From Ferroacidibacillus organovorans (GTDB lineage Bacteria; Bacillota; Bacilli; Alicyclobacillales; SLC66): a DNA stretch of 64,000 nucleotides. The notes below the pieces were generated by a model that saw only the letters and a list, made by a program, of their open reading frames with translations, searched no databases and was not told the DNA's origin. The stretch covers positions 1-64,000 of the forward strand of contig NZ_LSUQ01000001.1 in assembly GCF_001642725.1 (NCBI RefSeq), written 5' to 3'. Numbering within the stretch: position 1 is the first letter of the stretch; every line of letters begins with the position of its first letter. Position numbers and translations under genes: made by a program. This document shows, piece after piece, positions 1-10,425 of this stretch.

Positions 1-2
1 AT

Positions 3-1433
3 GTGGTGCGCGAAGTGCCTCTAAGCGAGTTTCCAAGTTATGTCGCGCGTGAAGAGCGCGCCGTATGGGTCGAGCGAATCGACCTCTACTTCGATTCGCC
101 GCTTGCTCGCGTAGGCGTGACACTCGTGGACACCCCTGGCTCAAACTCGATTCACGCGCGCCATACCGACCTCGCGTTTCAATTTATGCGGGACGCAGAT
201 GCGACCGTGTTTGTCACGTATTACAACCACGCATTTGCAAAACCTGACCGCACCTTTTTGCGACAACTCGGGATGGTGAAAGACGCGCTTGACACGGATG
301 CGATGATTTTTGTCATCAACGCGGCTGACCTTGCGGCGACATCTGATGAAACGGAGCACGTCGCGTCCTATGTGCGCCAAGAACTGAAGAAACTCGGCGT
401 GCGCGAGCCTCACATCTACCCACTTTCAAGCCAACTCGCCATGTTTGCGTCCATGATCCGCAGCAACACGTTTCCAGAAGAAGCGGTCGTGGCGCTTCGT
501 CAGCGGCTTCATTTGGCGGAGGATGAAGCCCTCCCGGCGGTTGAACAGATAGAGGCGCGCTCTGGCATGGGGCCGTTTTACGAGGCGCTCGAAGCGCTGG
601 CGGTGCTGCGTTTGCGCGATGAGTCACGGGCGCGCGCACGGTCTGAACTCACGCGCGCTATGCAGCGTCTCACAGCGGGGGTTGCGGCACTGGAAGAGCA
701 AATTCAGAAGGGTGACGCGTATCAGCGCATGCGCATGGACGAGAGTCGGGAATTTGTCGCGCAGATGGATGACGATCTGGCGATTGAGGCGCAACGCCTA
801 AAGGCAGAAGGTGACGAGCTTTTTCATCACGCTTTGCAGCGCATCCGTTTTGCGCTGCCGGAACTGGGGGCAGTGGCGTTTCACGCCTCAACGCGGTGAA
901 ACGGTTCGCGCGATGAGGCTGATCGGGCGTACCGCGAATGGCGCAGTGACGTGGCGGAGCGCGCGACTCAAGAGGCGCGCGCGACTTCCATTCGGCTTTT
1001 GCGCATGGTAGAGCAGGGGAGGTTGCGGCGGATTCAGGCAAACCTTGATTTCTGCGCGCGCGTAGGTCTTGTGGAGCAGAGTCCGCGCAGCGAAGCGCTT
1101 GCCTACCCTACGCCGGCGGCGCTTACGCTCTTTCGCTCTCCTGACATCGAGCGGGCAGTGCAGCGCGCGGTACGCGATGTGCAGGCATTTGTTGAAGGGC
1201 AAGGGAGAGACCAACTAGCGCCAATTCTTGAGGCGCACGCGACAGAATCTGTCGATAGGTACTTTCAGTCGATCTTACGCGCCTTCATCGATACGTACAA
1301 CGAGCATGCGTTGGCGCAACTTGACACCTATCGCCAAGTTGTGAAACAAGCCGAAGCGCCCGTTCGCCATGACGAGTTGAGACAGCGGCTCGCGCTTTTG
1401 CTCGCGGCGCGCGCGGCGTGGCCGGATGAATAA
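3..1433 (+). pseudogene. Bacterial dynamin-like GTPase (DynA/YpbR-like), 5'-truncated by the window and interrupted by an in-frame TGA at 897-899
   Basis: G3 motif LVDTPG and G4-like INAADLA, followed by a helical stalk. ORFs 3..899 and 951..1433 share a frame and codons 900-950 are open (NGSRDEADRAYREWRSD). Confidence 0.75.
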
Positions 1434-1453
1434 GAATTTTTGGAGGAGTTAGT

Positions 1454-1858
1454 ATGAATGAATCGCGCATCACGCTCGTTGTTCGCTCGACGGAGATTGA
1501 TATCAATGGCCACGTCAACAATGCGAAGTATCTGGAATACCTCGAATGGGGGCGGGAAGACTTTTACGAGCGCGCCAAGCTTGATTACGACACGCTTATA
1601 AAGCTTGGCGTGTTTACCGTTTCGGCCAACATCTCAATTAATTATCGACGCGAGGCAAAACAAAATGATGTACTCACCGTGATTACCAGACCCGGACAAC
1701 CGGGGAACAAAAGTTTCGTTTTTCATCAGACCATCTTGCGCGAAGCGGATGACACGCTGATTGCGGATGCGTCTGTGACGCTTGTGACGGTGGATGCAAA
1801 GACGCGTAAAAGCACACCGCTTCCGGCGAAACTGCGCAGTGTGCTCCAGAGTGAATAA
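1454..1858 (+). CDS. Acyl-CoA thioesterase (4HBT/YbgC hot-dog fold)
   Basis: EIDINGHVNNAKYLEYLEWGR motif; GGAGGAG SD. Confidence 0.9.
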   Translation: MNESRITLVVRSTEIDINGHVNNAKYLEYLEWGREDFYERAKLDYDTLIKLGVFTVSANISINYRREAKQNDVLTVITRPGQPGNKSFVFHQTILREADDTLIADASVTLVTVDAKTRKSTPLPAKLRSVLQSE

Positions 1859-1889
1859 AAACGAAAAGAGCAGAGGGAAGGCGTTTTTG

Positions 1890-2285
1890 ATGATTGATTC
1901 ACCCTATGAGAAGATCGGCGGGGAAGAGACGATCGGGCGATTGGTGGACGCTTTTTATGCGCGCGTCATGAAGCACGAGGACTTGATTCCCATTTTCCCG
2001 AGTGACATTTTGCCAGTACGCGACAAACAGTTCCTCTTTTTAACGCAATTCTTGGGCGGACCGCCTCTCTATTCAAACGCGTACGGTCACCCGATGCTGC
2101 GTGCGCGCCACATGCCGCATGAGATCACGCCAAAACGCGCCGCCGCGTGGCTGTCATGTATGAGAGAGGCAATGGATGAGATTGGTCTGGCGGGCGAGAT
2201 GCGCAGCTTCATTGAGGAGCGCTTGACCATGACGGCGCAGCACATGGTCAACCGATCGGATGATGAGGCCAAAAGGACAGTCTAG
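1890..2285 (+). CDS. Group II truncated hemoglobin (YjbI-like)
   Basis: YEKIGGEETIGRLVDAFY, FLTQFLGGPPLY, GHPMLRARH; start set at ATG 1890. Confidence 0.92.
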   Translation: MIDSPYEKIGGEETIGRLVDAFYARVMKHEDLIPIFPSDILPVRDKQFLFLTQFLGGPPLYSNAYGHPMLRARHMPHEITPKRAAAWLSCMREAMDEIGLAGEMRSFIEERLTMTAQHMVNRSDDEAKRTV

Positions 2286-2321
2286 CGTACGGCGTTTGGC
2301 GTTTACAACCGTGAGGAGTGA

Positions 2322-3137
2322 GTGACGATTCTTGAACAAGTAACGTTTGATTTGGACGGAACGCTTGCCGATGCGCCGTTTGAGCGGTTGGTTCTTCCAC
2401 ATGTCTATCGGGAGATGGAGCGACTGGGTATCGCGACGCCGCAAGAGCGGCTCTTTCAGGAGCAATTGCGGCGTTTTGATGAAGAGCGGCGGGTCGACGC
2501 GTTTCACTGGGACGATCTCGTGCTACAGGTTTTGCGCGCAGAGGGGGTACAAGCGTCGATTGTGATGGCCGATCTTATAGAGCGTGAAGATGTCGCCAAA
2601 GCGCTGCGCGAAGAAAAATTGTTTCCAGACGTGATCGCGGGACTGCGCGCGATTCGCGCACTCGGGTTTGGCATCTCTGTATTGACGAATGGGCATGCAC
2701 GCTACCAGCGTGCGGTTTTTGCCAAAATGGGCGTTGACACACTGTTTGATGTCATTGTCGGCCCAGATGTTTTAGGCATCTCGAAGCCAAACCCTGCGGT
2801 TTTTACGCACGAGAGCCTGAAACTGCCCGTGCGCATGCACGTCGGGGATTTGTTGACGCAAGATGTGGCGGTAGCGAAGGGTGCAGGAATACGCGGTGTC
2901 ATGGTGGCGCGACCGCGGCAAACGGTGGATGGGTTTGAGCGTTTGCGCGCGTACTCGCCTGCAGAGCGCCCACGCGCGGCGCTTGCGTCAGGTTTGCTTT
3001 TGCAGCAATACGAAAAGGAGCATCGCTATCTTGCCCGCCCGCTGCCGCCTGCTCCGCTCACGTCAGAGAGCGATGCGTTTCCAGACGCGATCGTATTTTC
3101 AATCGAAGAATTGCCCGACCTTTTGCGCACACCATGA
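2322..3137 (+). CDS. HAD-superfamily hydrolase
   Basis: FDLDGTL motif I, LTNG, KP, VGD...D motifs; GAGGAG SD. Confidence 0.88.
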   Translation: MTILEQVTFDLDGTLADAPFERLVLPHVYREMERLGIATPQERLFQEQLRRFDEERRVDAFHWDDLVLQVLRAEGVQASIVMADLIEREDVAKALREEKLFPDVIAGLRAIRALGFGISVLTNGHARYQRAVFAKMGVDTLFDVIVGPDVLGISKPNPAVFTHESLKLPVRMHVGDLLTQDVAVAKGAGIRGVMVARPRQTVDGFERLRAYSPAERPRAALASGLLLQQYEKEHRYLARPLPPAPLTSESDAFPDAIVFSIEELPDLLRTP

Positions 3138-4360
3138 GCAAAGAGATGAAAGCGCGCCAGGCGTACCCGGTCGTACTGTTCATTTTTTTTACGACATCCC
3201 TTGTCGAGTCGTTGGTGGTTTCTCATTTAAACGCATTTCTTCCGGTCTATCTCCATCAGGATCTTTCCGTTTCGCAAAAAAACGTCCCGATTTTTCTGGC
3301 GCTCTCGACTGCCATCGAGTTTGTACTCGGGCTTCCGCTCGTTCCCTTCTGGGGTGTGTGGGCAGACAAATTCAGCCGCAAGTGGGTGATTGCGCGCAGT
3401 GCCTACGTCGAGGCGCTCGTGTTTTTTATGATCGGTGCCTCACACTCGGTTGTGATGTTTGTCATCTCACTGCTTTTTGTCGGGTTCCAACTGGGGAACA
3501 CAGGCGTCATGCTCTCATCGATTCGCGATGTGGCGCCCGCCAAGCGCACAGGATTCGCCATCGCGATTTTCGGCTTGGCAAGTCCGCTCGGCTTCGCGCT
3601 CGGACCACTCATGGGGAGCTTTCTCGTAGAGCATACGGGACTTGGGTTGCACGGCTTATTCCTGCTTGACGGCGTCTTGTCTGCTGGCAGTGGCGTTCTC
3701 GTCTCTGTGTTGTTTCGCGAAGTGCGACCCGCAGCGCCGCCCGAAGGGCGCACACTTGATCTCGCGCTGCGCGCTGTTCGCCGCGTCTTTACGTCGCCGC
3801 GGATAGGGAAATTGTTCCTCATTTTTGGCTTGGTCATCCTGGGGCGGCAGATGGTCTCACCGTTCATTCCACTATTAGTCATTCACCTGCACCCGCTCAG
3901 TTACGGACAACTCAGCGCCATCGGACTCGTGACCGGAACCTCCGCGCTCGCGGGCGCCGCGATCTCGCCTCTGGCTGGCATCCTCGGTGATCGCATCGGG
4001 TTTCGCCGCGTCTTGTTTGTCTCCGTAATCGTCATGGCTGCGAGTTTTTTTGCGATGGCGATCGCCCCAAGTGTTCTCGCGCTAGCCGGTTTAAGTCTGC
4101 TCTTTTCTGCCGCCAACAGCATCAACTTTGCGATGATCTTTTCCATGTTGGCAACGACACTGCGCGATGACGAGCGAACGCCTGCGCTCAATCTGGTGTA
4201 CGTCCCGCTCTACATCTCCGGGATCATCGGTCCCATCATCGCGGGCGGCTTCGCGCGCGTCGATTTCCCGCTGGTGTTCATCGCAGCCGGTGTCATGGCG
4301 CTGATCGGGGCATGGGTGGTCTACCAAACGCGCGCTCGCACAGCGGTTACGACTCTCTAG
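3134..4360 (+). CDS. MFS transporter
   Basis: About 12 hydrophobic segments; motif A (GVWADKFSRK and GILGDRIGFRR). Confidence 0.9.
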   Translation: MSKEMKARQAYPVVLFIFFTTSLVESLVVSHLNAFLPVYLHQDLSVSQKNVPIFLALSTAIEFVLGLPLVPFWGVWADKFSRKWVIARSAYVEALVFFMIGASHSVVMFVISLLFVGFQLGNTGVMLSSIRDVAPAKRTGFAIAIFGLASPLGFALGPLMGSFLVEHTGLGLHGLFLLDGVLSAGSGVLVSVLFREVRPAAPPEGRTLDLALRAVRRVFTSPRIGKLFLIFGLVILGRQMVSPFIPLLVIHLHPLSYGQLSAIGLVTGTSALAGAAISPLAGILGDRIGFRRVLFVSVIVMAASFFAMAIAPSVLALAGLSLLFSAANSINFAMIFSMLATTLRDDERTPALNLVYVPLYISGIIGPIIAGGFARVDFPLVFIAAGVMALIGAWVVYQTRARTAVTTL

Positions 4361-5219
4361 TCTCGCGCGACAGCGCGTCGCCGAGTTCTGCCGAGCGCTC
4401 TGTCGCGCGTTTGATCGCGCTGCGCACGGCGTCTGTAAAGGAGTACGCGTCGAGCACTGCGAGACCGGCCATCGTCGTGCCGTTGGGCGATGTCACTTGT
4501 TTTCGCAGCGTCGCCGGCGGCGCCACGCGTTCACGCAGCATCTGGGCTGCGCCAAACAGTGTCTCGACGACGAGTTCTGTCGCCGTGTGCGGGTCGAGTC
4601 CGACGTCAATGCCGCCTTGTGTCATCGCCTCGGCAAGATAGTATACATACGCAGGGCCGCTGCCAGACAGGCCAGTCACCGCGTTAAGAAGCGACTCTTC
4701 GAGCGGATACGCGCGCCCCAAAGCGCCGAGCAGTGTGCGCACCACCGCCTCATCTTCTGGCGTGCACGCGTGGTTCAGCGCGTAGCCGGTCGCTGAACAC
4801 AAGACGATGCTCGACGTGTTTGGCATCGCGCGCACGATGCGCTTGCGGGGCTCCTCATAACCGCTTTTCGATTGCGAAAGCGCCCCCTCGATCGTTGCGA
4901 TATCGATGCCCGCAGCGATGGAGACGTACAGCGCGTCGCGCGGCGCAAACGGTGCGATGTAAGCGAGTGCGGTTGGCACATCGCGCGGTTTGGTGCAGAT
5001 CAAAATGACGTCGACATGCGCAAACGCATCTGTTGCGAGCGCGTACGTATTTACGCCATAGCGTGTCTGAAGCTCCGCAAGGCGAACGTGATTTCCGCGG
5101 TTTGTCACGTGGATTTGCTCAGGTTTGGCGACGCCTGTGGAGGTGAGCCCGCGGATCAGCGCCTCTGCGATGGCTCCTGCGCCGAGAAACCCGAGGTGCA
5201 GCGTCCCTAGCGCTTTCAT
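4347..5219 (-). CDS. proC: Pyrroline-5-carboxylate reductase
   Basis: GFLGAGAIA, RAMPNT, GLSGSGPAY, VTSPNGTT; GAGGGG SD before ATG 5219. Confidence 0.95.
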   Translation of the reverse strand: MKALGTLHLGFLGAGAIAEALIRGLTSTGVAKPEQIHVTNRGNHVRLAELQTRYGVNTYALATDAFAHVDVILICTKPRDVPTALAYIAPFAPRDALYVSIAAGIDIATIEGALSQSKSGYEEPRKRIVRAMPNTSSIVLCSATGYALNHACTPEDEAVVRTLLGALGRAYPLEESLLNAVTGLSGSGPAYVYYLAEAMTQGGIDVGLDPHTATELVVETLFGAAQMLRERVAPPATLRKQVTSPNGTTMAGLAVLDAYSFTDAVRSAIKRATERSAELGDALSRETRES

Positions 5220-5248
5220 ATGGTTCACCCCTCATAGAAAATTTTGAA

Positions 5249-6181
5249 TCAGCGCGCCCCGTGCGGTGTACGCTGCGCCTTCATATGCACATGCGCACCC
5301 ATCGTCGTCGGTGGAAGAATGCGCGCAACGGCGGTACTGCCTGTCTGTTCAAACGCATTCACCATCGCCTGCGCAACGGCTTGGGCAGGGGCGCCTGCCT
5401 CGACGACTGCGAGCAGCGTGGGACCGGCACCACTCAACACCGTGCCGATCGCGCCTGCGCGCTGTGACGCAGCGTACACCGCGTCAAACCCGGGAATCAG
5501 GTGTTTGCGCGCGTCCTGGTGCAGGCGATCGGCGAGTGATCGCCGCAAGAGTGGCAGATTACCTGTGGTGAGTGCCGCTGTCAGGAAACTCGCGTGTGCT
5601 ACGTTAAAGATGGCGTCGGCGCGCGCGACGTGATCGCCAAGTACGCCCCGCGCGGTCTCGGTGAGCAGTGGGAATTTCGGCGTTACGGCGACAAACGTGA
5701 GATTGTCGCGAATCGGCAGGTTGACGTGTGTCACGACATGATCTTCGAGATACGCAAGCACCGCACCACCTAAAAAGGCGGGAGCGACGTTGTCTGGGTG
5801 GCCCTCATCCTCGACGGCGATGCGCAGAATTTGCGCGCTTGTAAAAGGGGAATCAAGAAAGTGATTCGCGGCGAGCAAGCCACCGACGAGTGCCGCTGCG
5901 CTTGAACCAAGCCCTGCTGCGACGGGAATGTGATTGACCATGCGCAGGTGAACGCCGTGAAACGGCTCCCCCGCGCGTTCGTACATCATCTTCATGCAGC
6001 GAATGACCAGATTCGTGTCATCGCGCGGCAGCGTGTCGGCGCCAACGCCGTCAATCTCAATCTGCAGATCGTCGGCGGGTGTCGCGTGAATCTCATTCCA
6101 CAGATCGAGTGCGATGCCCATACAGTCAAATCCGGGACCGAGGTTTGCGCTCGTCGCAGGCACATAGATGCTGACGTTCAC
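5249..6181 (-). CDS. thrB: Homoserine kinase
   Basis: [36 protein letters not shown] overlaps the thrC stop. Confidence 0.96.
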   Translation of the reverse strand: MNVSIYVPATSANLGPGFDCMGIALDLWNEIHATPADDLQIEIDGVGADTLPRDDTNLVIRCMKMMYERAGEPFHGVHLRMVNHIPVAAGLGSSAAALVGGLLAANHFLDSPFTSAQILRIAVEDEGHPDNVAPAFLGGAVLAYLEDHVVTHVNLPIRDNLTFVAVTPKFPLLTETARGVLGDHVARADAIFNVAHASFLTAALTTGNLPLLRRSLADRLHQDARKHLIPGFDAVYAASQRAGAIGTVLSGAGPTLLAVVEAGAPAQAVAQAMVNAFEQTGSTAVARILPPTTMGAHVHMKAQRTPHGAR

Positions 6182-7257
6182 GATTTTCCCTCCGCAATGG
6201 CACGCCATACGGCAGCGCGTGACGCTTCCACCGCGCGCGCACTCACACTGTGAGAGGAGACGGCCGTGTCGGGGTCTTTTAGGCCATTGCCAGTGAGGAC
6301 ACAGACGATCTTGTCATCAGGTGAAAATGGGTGTTGTGCGGCATGCTTGAGAATCCCTGCGATCGGCGCTGCAGAGGCGGGTTCTGCAAACACACCCTCG
6401 CGCTGTGCAAGCAGTTTGTACGCTTCAAGAATTTCTTCATCTGTTACGGCCGCAATCGCGCCGCGACTTTCGGAAAGTGCATTTTTAGCGAGTTGCCAAC
6501 TGGCCGGATTGCCGATGCGAATCGCAGTCGCAATCGTATCGGGCTTTGCGACGATCTGTCCATTTACAATCGGTGCCGCGCCCGCCGCCTGAAAGCCGAG
6601 CATGCGCGGCACCCCAGACTGCCGCGTTTGATTCCACTCTGCGAAGCCCATGTGATACGCCGAGATGTTGCCCGCGTTGCCGACTGGAATCGCCAGGTAT
6701 TCAGGCGCCTGCCCGAGCGCTTCGACAATCTCGAAAGCGGCTGTTTTTTGCCCTTGCAAGCGGTATGGATTGACAGAGTTGACGAGGGTAATCGGCTCGT
6801 GCGCCGCGACGTCGCGCACAATGGTGAGCGCCTCGTCAAAGTTTCCCTCGATGCTGATCACCTCGGCGCCATAGGCGAGCGCTTGTGCGAGTTTGCCGAG
6901 CGCCACATAGCCGGCGGGGATGATCACGACACAGCGCAGGCCTGCGCGCGCCGCGTATGCCGCCGCCGCCGCCGACGTGTTGCCAGTGGATGCGCAGATG
7001 ATCGCGTGACTGCCTTCTTCGACCGCCTTGGCAACCGCCATGACCATGCCGCGGTCTTTAAACGAGCCTGTTGGATTTGCACCTTCATATTTGAGATAGA
7101 CATGCGCCTGTACGCGCTGTGAAAGATAAGGCGCCGGGATGAGCGGCGTGTCGCCTTCGCAAAGACTTAGCGGGGGTGTCTTTTCAGTCACAGGAAGATC
7201 CTTTTTAAAGCGGGCGAGAATGCCAGTGCGATGGTGAGTCTTTGCGATCAGATTCAC
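6178..7257 (-). CDS. thrC: Threonine synthase
   Basis: [13 protein letters not shown] lysine motif, [15 protein letters not shown]. Confidence 0.96.
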   Translation of the reverse strand: MNLIAKTHHRTGILARFKKDLPVTEKTPPLSLCEGDTPLIPAPYLSQRVQAHVYLKYEGANPTGSFKDRGMVMAVAKAVEEGSHAIICASTGNTSAAAAAYAARAGLRCVVIIPAGYVALGKLAQALAYGAEVISIEGNFDEALTIVRDVAAHEPITLVNSVNPYRLQGQKTAAFEIVEALGQAPEYLAIPVGNAGNISAYHMGFAEWNQTRQSGVPRMLGFQAAGAAPIVNGQIVAKPDTIATAIRIGNPASWQLAKNALSESRGAIAAVTDEEILEAYKLLAQREGVFAEPASAAPIAGILKHAAQHPFSPDDKIVCVLTGNGLKDPDTAVSSHSVSARAVEASRAAVWRAIAEGKS

Positions 7258-8546
7258 GCTTCGGCACTCCTTTCAACAGGCATGATGCAGTGCAGGGTTG
7301 AAACTGCGGGGTGCGCTTCGAGCTGTCTTAATGCAGCGTGTAGATGCTTTGCGTGGACATCATGTGTGACAATGACGATCTCCGCGTTGTGTGCTGCGAC
7401 ACGTTTTTGAAGAACGGTCTCCATGCTGACGCCGTGATCGCCAAAAATGCCCGCAATTTTTGCAAATACGCCAGGTTGGTCGTTTGCTGAGAGGCGAATG
7501 TAGTGGCTCGCCGCCTCTGCACGTTGTTGGTCGACCGGTTTGTGTGGTCGAGGATGCGGCACGTAGCCGCCGTTTTGCGGCTGGCGCATCGCTTTGAGTA
7601 CTTCGATGGCATCGCCGACGACGGCGCTCGCTGTGGGCAGCGCGCCAGCTCCCCTCCCGAAAAACATCAGGTCACCTGCCGCGTCGCCACGCACAAACAG
7701 CGCATTGTACGAACCGGAGACGTGCGCCAATGGGTGACTTTTCGGGATCAGTGTCGGTCGCACATGCAGGGTTAGCGCTCCGTCGCGCTCTGTGCCAACG
7801 GCGAGCAGTTTGATCACGGCACCCAATTCATGCGCGTAAGCGATGTCGCGCGCGGTGATCTTGCGAATCCCCGTGACTTCGACATCGCTCAAGCTGACCC
7901 GGGTATAAAACGCAATCGATGCGAGAATGGTCAGTTTGCGCGCTGCGTCCAGCCCATCGACATCGCTGCTCGGATCGCTTTCTGCATAGCCGAGGTCTTG
8001 CGCCTCTTGCAGCACATCCGAAAAATCGGCACCCGTCTCTGTCATTTGAGAGAGAATGTAGTTAGTCGTCCCATTGACGATCCCTTTGAGATCGGAGATC
8101 GCGTTTGCCGTCAAGCTTTCCTGGAGCGGTCGAATCAGCGGAATTGCACCGCCAACGGCTGCCTCATAGAGCACCGTGACGCCTGCCGCGTCGGCCGCCG
8201 CCAGAATTTCCTCACCACAGAGTGCGATCAAATCTTTATTGGCTGTGATGACGTGTTTTCCGCGCGCAATCGCCGCCAGAATAAACGTACGCGCAGGTTC
8301 GATGCCGCCGATGGTTTCGATGATGATGCGAATCGATTCATCGCCGAGCACGGTGTCGGGATCGTCCGTCAGCACATCCTCTGCAAAGGAGACGGTGCGC
8401 TCTTTGAGCACATCGCGCACAAGCACGCGCGCAATCACAGGTTCCCAACCGGTCAGACTCTGAAGGCGTTGTTTTCTCCTGCGCATCAGTTCGATAACGC
8501 CGCCGCCGACGGTTCCACACCCTAACAAGCCGATTCGCTGTTCCAT
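7254..8546 (-). CDS. hom: Homoserine dehydrogenase with C-terminal ACT domain
   Basis: [35 protein letters not shown]. Confidence 0.96.
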   Translation of the reverse strand: MEQRIGLLGCGTVGGGVIELMRRRKQRLQSLTGWEPVIARVLVRDVLKERTVSFAEDVLTDDPDTVLGDESIRIIIETIGGIEPARTFILAAIARGKHVITANKDLIALCGEEILAAADAAGVTVLYEAAVGGAIPLIRPLQESLTANAISDLKGIVNGTTNYILSQMTETGADFSDVLQEAQDLGYAESDPSSDVDGLDAARKLTILASIAFYTRVSLSDVEVTGIRKITARDIAYAHELGAVIKLLAVGTERDGALTLHVRPTLIPKSHPLAHVSGSYNALFVRGDAAGDLMFFGRGAGALPTASAVVGDAIEVLKAMRQPQNGGYVPHPRPHKPVDQQRAEAASHYIRLSANDQPGVFAKIAGIFGDHGVSMETVLQKRVAAHNAEIVIVTHDVHAKHLHAALRQLEAHPAVSTLHCIMPVERSAEA

Positions 8547-8603
8547 GACTCGTCTTCCTTTCACGCGCTCAATGTTGGTAGTCGTTGTGTAGTGTTATTT
8601 CTG

Positions 8604-9047
8604 TTACGAGCCCTGCCCGACCATGACGACCTGGTTTACGCCTTCGACTTCGCGAAGGATCTGCAGGAGGTCGTCGAGCGTTGCATCGAGCGTGTGTGTA
8701 TCCACGGAGAGAATGACTGTTGCAATGCCCTGGAGTGGCAGGGACTGATTGATCGTCAAAATGTTGCCGTGACTCGATGCGACCGTGTTGAGGACCGTCG
8801 AGAGTACGCCTGGCTTGTGTTCAAGCGTCAGGGCAATTGTGACAATCTGTCCACTCATCGCTTCGGAAAACGGTCGCACCGCATCTTTGTATTTGTAGTA
8901 TGCGCTGCGCGAGAGCCCGATCGCGCGCACCGCTTCGAGGACGCTCATGTCGCGCCGCCGCGTCAAGAGTTCGGTCACCAGCGTCGTTTTTTGAATAACT
9001 TCTGGCAAGTTTGAGCGGCGAATTAAAAAATAGGGATCTTCTGACAT
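8604..9047 (-). CDS. thrR: HTH + ACT domain transcriptional regulator (ThrR/PheB family)
   Basis: LPEVIQKT...GLSRSAYYKYKDAVRPF followed by an ACT domain (GNILTINQSLP); AGGAGG SD before ATG 9047. Confidence 0.85.
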   Translation of the reverse strand: MSEDPYFLIRRSNLPEVIQKTTLVTELLTRRRDMSVLEAVRAIGLSRSAYYKYKDAVRPFSEAMSGQIVTIALTLEHKPGVLSTVLNTVASSHGNILTINQSLPLQGIATVILSVDTHTLDATLDDLLQILREVEGVNQVVMVGQGS

Positions 9048-9081
9048 GGTGACCCTCCTGCGTCCACAATTCATGAACAAA

Positions 9082-9129
9082 TGTCCTATATGTACGGACA
9101 ATATACGATAAATCGTGAGTGTTCCGCAA
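9082..9129 (-). promoter_or_regulatory. Putative sigma-A promoter of thrR-hom with an overlapping inverted repeat (candidate operator)
   Basis: Minus-strand TTGCGG(9129-9124)-N18-TATATT(9105-9100); inverted repeat TGTCC-N9-GGACA at 9082-9100. Confidence 0.5.
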
Positions 9130-9201
9130 GTCTGTTCACATTGTGCACACAAAGATCCGCGAAATTGAGCAGAAAAAGGTGTTTTGCCAGGCGTTCTTAC
9201 C

Positions 9202-9231
9202 TTGACCGTTGCCGCCTCTGTACCGTACAAT
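9202..9231 (+). promoter_or_regulatory. Putative sigma-A promoter of the ilvE leader
   Basis: TTGACC-N18-TACAAT. Confidence 0.65.
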
Positions 9232-9254
9232 AAGTTAAATTTTTAACATTGTGC

Positions 9255-9364
9255 GTCAGGAGGATGTCTAGGGTTCCGCCTTTGGGGTCAGGACCGAGCG
9301 ACATCGCACTCATTTTAATTAGGGTGTACACCTTGGGGATAAAAACCCCGCGGCAGGTTCTGAC
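9255..9364 (+). ncRNA. ykkC-yxkD motif riboswitch aptamer, probably the ppGpp-sensing subtype 2a
   Basis: CTAGGGTTCCG...GGACCGAGCG...ACACCTTGGGGATAAAAACCCCGCGGCAGGTTC; P0 GTCAGGA/TTCTGAC; lies upstream of ilvE. Confidence 0.88.
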
Positions 9365-9418
9365 TCGCGATCGTCTCTTTGACGTTCGCGGGTTCCTGTC
9401 GCGGGGTTTTTCGTTCTT
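9341..9418 (+). terminator. Riboswitch-controlled intrinsic terminator
   Basis: AAAAACCCCGCGGCAGG pairs with CCTGTCGCGGGGTTTTT, followed by a T-rich tail; left arm overlaps the aptamer 3' end. Confidence 0.8.
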
Positions 9419-9458
9419 AATTAGGGACGCAACATTCATAAGTAAGGGATGGGACCGG

Positions 9459-10337
9459 ATGGATGCCGATCGAAAAATCTACCTAAACGGCCAACTCGTG
9501 CCAAAAGAACAGGCGGTCGTTTCCGTCTATGATCACGGTTTTCTTTATGGAGACGGGATCTTTGAGGGGATTCGCATTTATGACGGTGTCATTTTTCGAC
9601 TGGATGAACACCTGGAAAGACTCTATGATTCGGCGAAGTCGATCCTCCTTGACGTCCCCTTAACGTTTGAAGAAATGGCGAGCGCAGTGCTAGACACGGT
9701 GCGCGCAAATGGCCTGCAAAACGGCTACATTCGATTGGTCATCTCGCGCGGACCAGGAGACCTCGGGCTTGACCCGCGGAGCTGCCCGCGCGCAAACATC
9801 GTCATCATTGCGGATACGATTCAACTCTTCCCGCAAAAATATTATGAAGAAGGTCTGAAAATTGTTACGGTGCCGACGCGCCGGAACCCGGTTGGAGCGC
9901 TCAACCCACAGATTAAGTCGCTGAACTATCTCAACAGCGTTCTCGTCAAGATTGAGGCGGCAAACGCTGGATGTCTCGAGGCGCTCACGGTCAATGCGGA
10001 AGGGTATGTTTGTGAAGGGTCGGGCGACAACGTGTTTATCGTAAAGAAAGGGCGCGTCTACACGCCCCCAATCTATCTGGGCGCGCTCGACGGCATCACG
10101 CGTCGCTCGATCATCGATCTGTGCGCAAAGCTGTCTATTCCATTGCAAGAGACGCCGTTTACGCGTCACGATGTGTTTGTGGCGGATGAGGTGTTCTTGA
10201 CAGGGACGGCTGCGGAATTGATTCCGGTCGTCGAAGTGGATCGCCGGACGATTGGAAGCGGCGTGCCGGGTGAAGTCACAAAGCGACTGCACCGCGCGTT
10301 TCACGAGTTAGTCCGCATAGACGGTCGACGACTTTAA
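9459..10337 (+). CDS. ilvE: Branched-chain amino acid aminotransferase
   Basis: DHGFLYGDGIFEG, IKSLNY, EGSGDN, LDGITR, FLTGTAAE. Confidence 0.96.
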   Translation: MDADRKIYLNGQLVPKEQAVVSVYDHGFLYGDGIFEGIRIYDGVIFRLDEHLERLYDSAKSILLDVPLTFEEMASAVLDTVRANGLQNGYIRLVISRGPGDLGLDPRSCPRANIVIIADTIQLFPQKYYEEGLKIVTVPTRRNPVGALNPQIKSLNYLNSVLVKIEAANAGCLEALTVNAEGYVCEGSGDNVFIVKKGRVYTPPIYLGALDGITRRSIIDLCAKLSIPLQETPFTRHDVFVADEVFLTGTAAELIPVVEVDRRTIGSGVPGEVTKRLHRAFHELVRIDGRRL

Positions 10338-10425
10338 GTGTGCGATCTTTCATATGCATCAGGCGTAGAGAAAAAGAGATTGTGTCAAGAGAGAGTGTAA
10401 CGTGAGAGGAAAGGGAGGAAACCCA

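Noticed and set aside
897..899. Selenocysteine codon in the dynamin gene
   Set aside because: It lies in a helical stalk with no redox motif, and I see no convincing SECIS hairpin.
9048..9230. Long N-terminus of the ThrR ORF
   Set aside because: It spans the divergent promoter region; the SD and family length support ATG 9047.
9249..9458. ILV-rich leader peptide or ilvE N-terminal extension (IALILIRV), or a T-box (AATTAGGGTGTACACC)
   Set aside because: The region is fully explained by a ykkC-type aptamer and terminator; the SD-ATG spacing is zero and there is no UGGN bulge or stem I.
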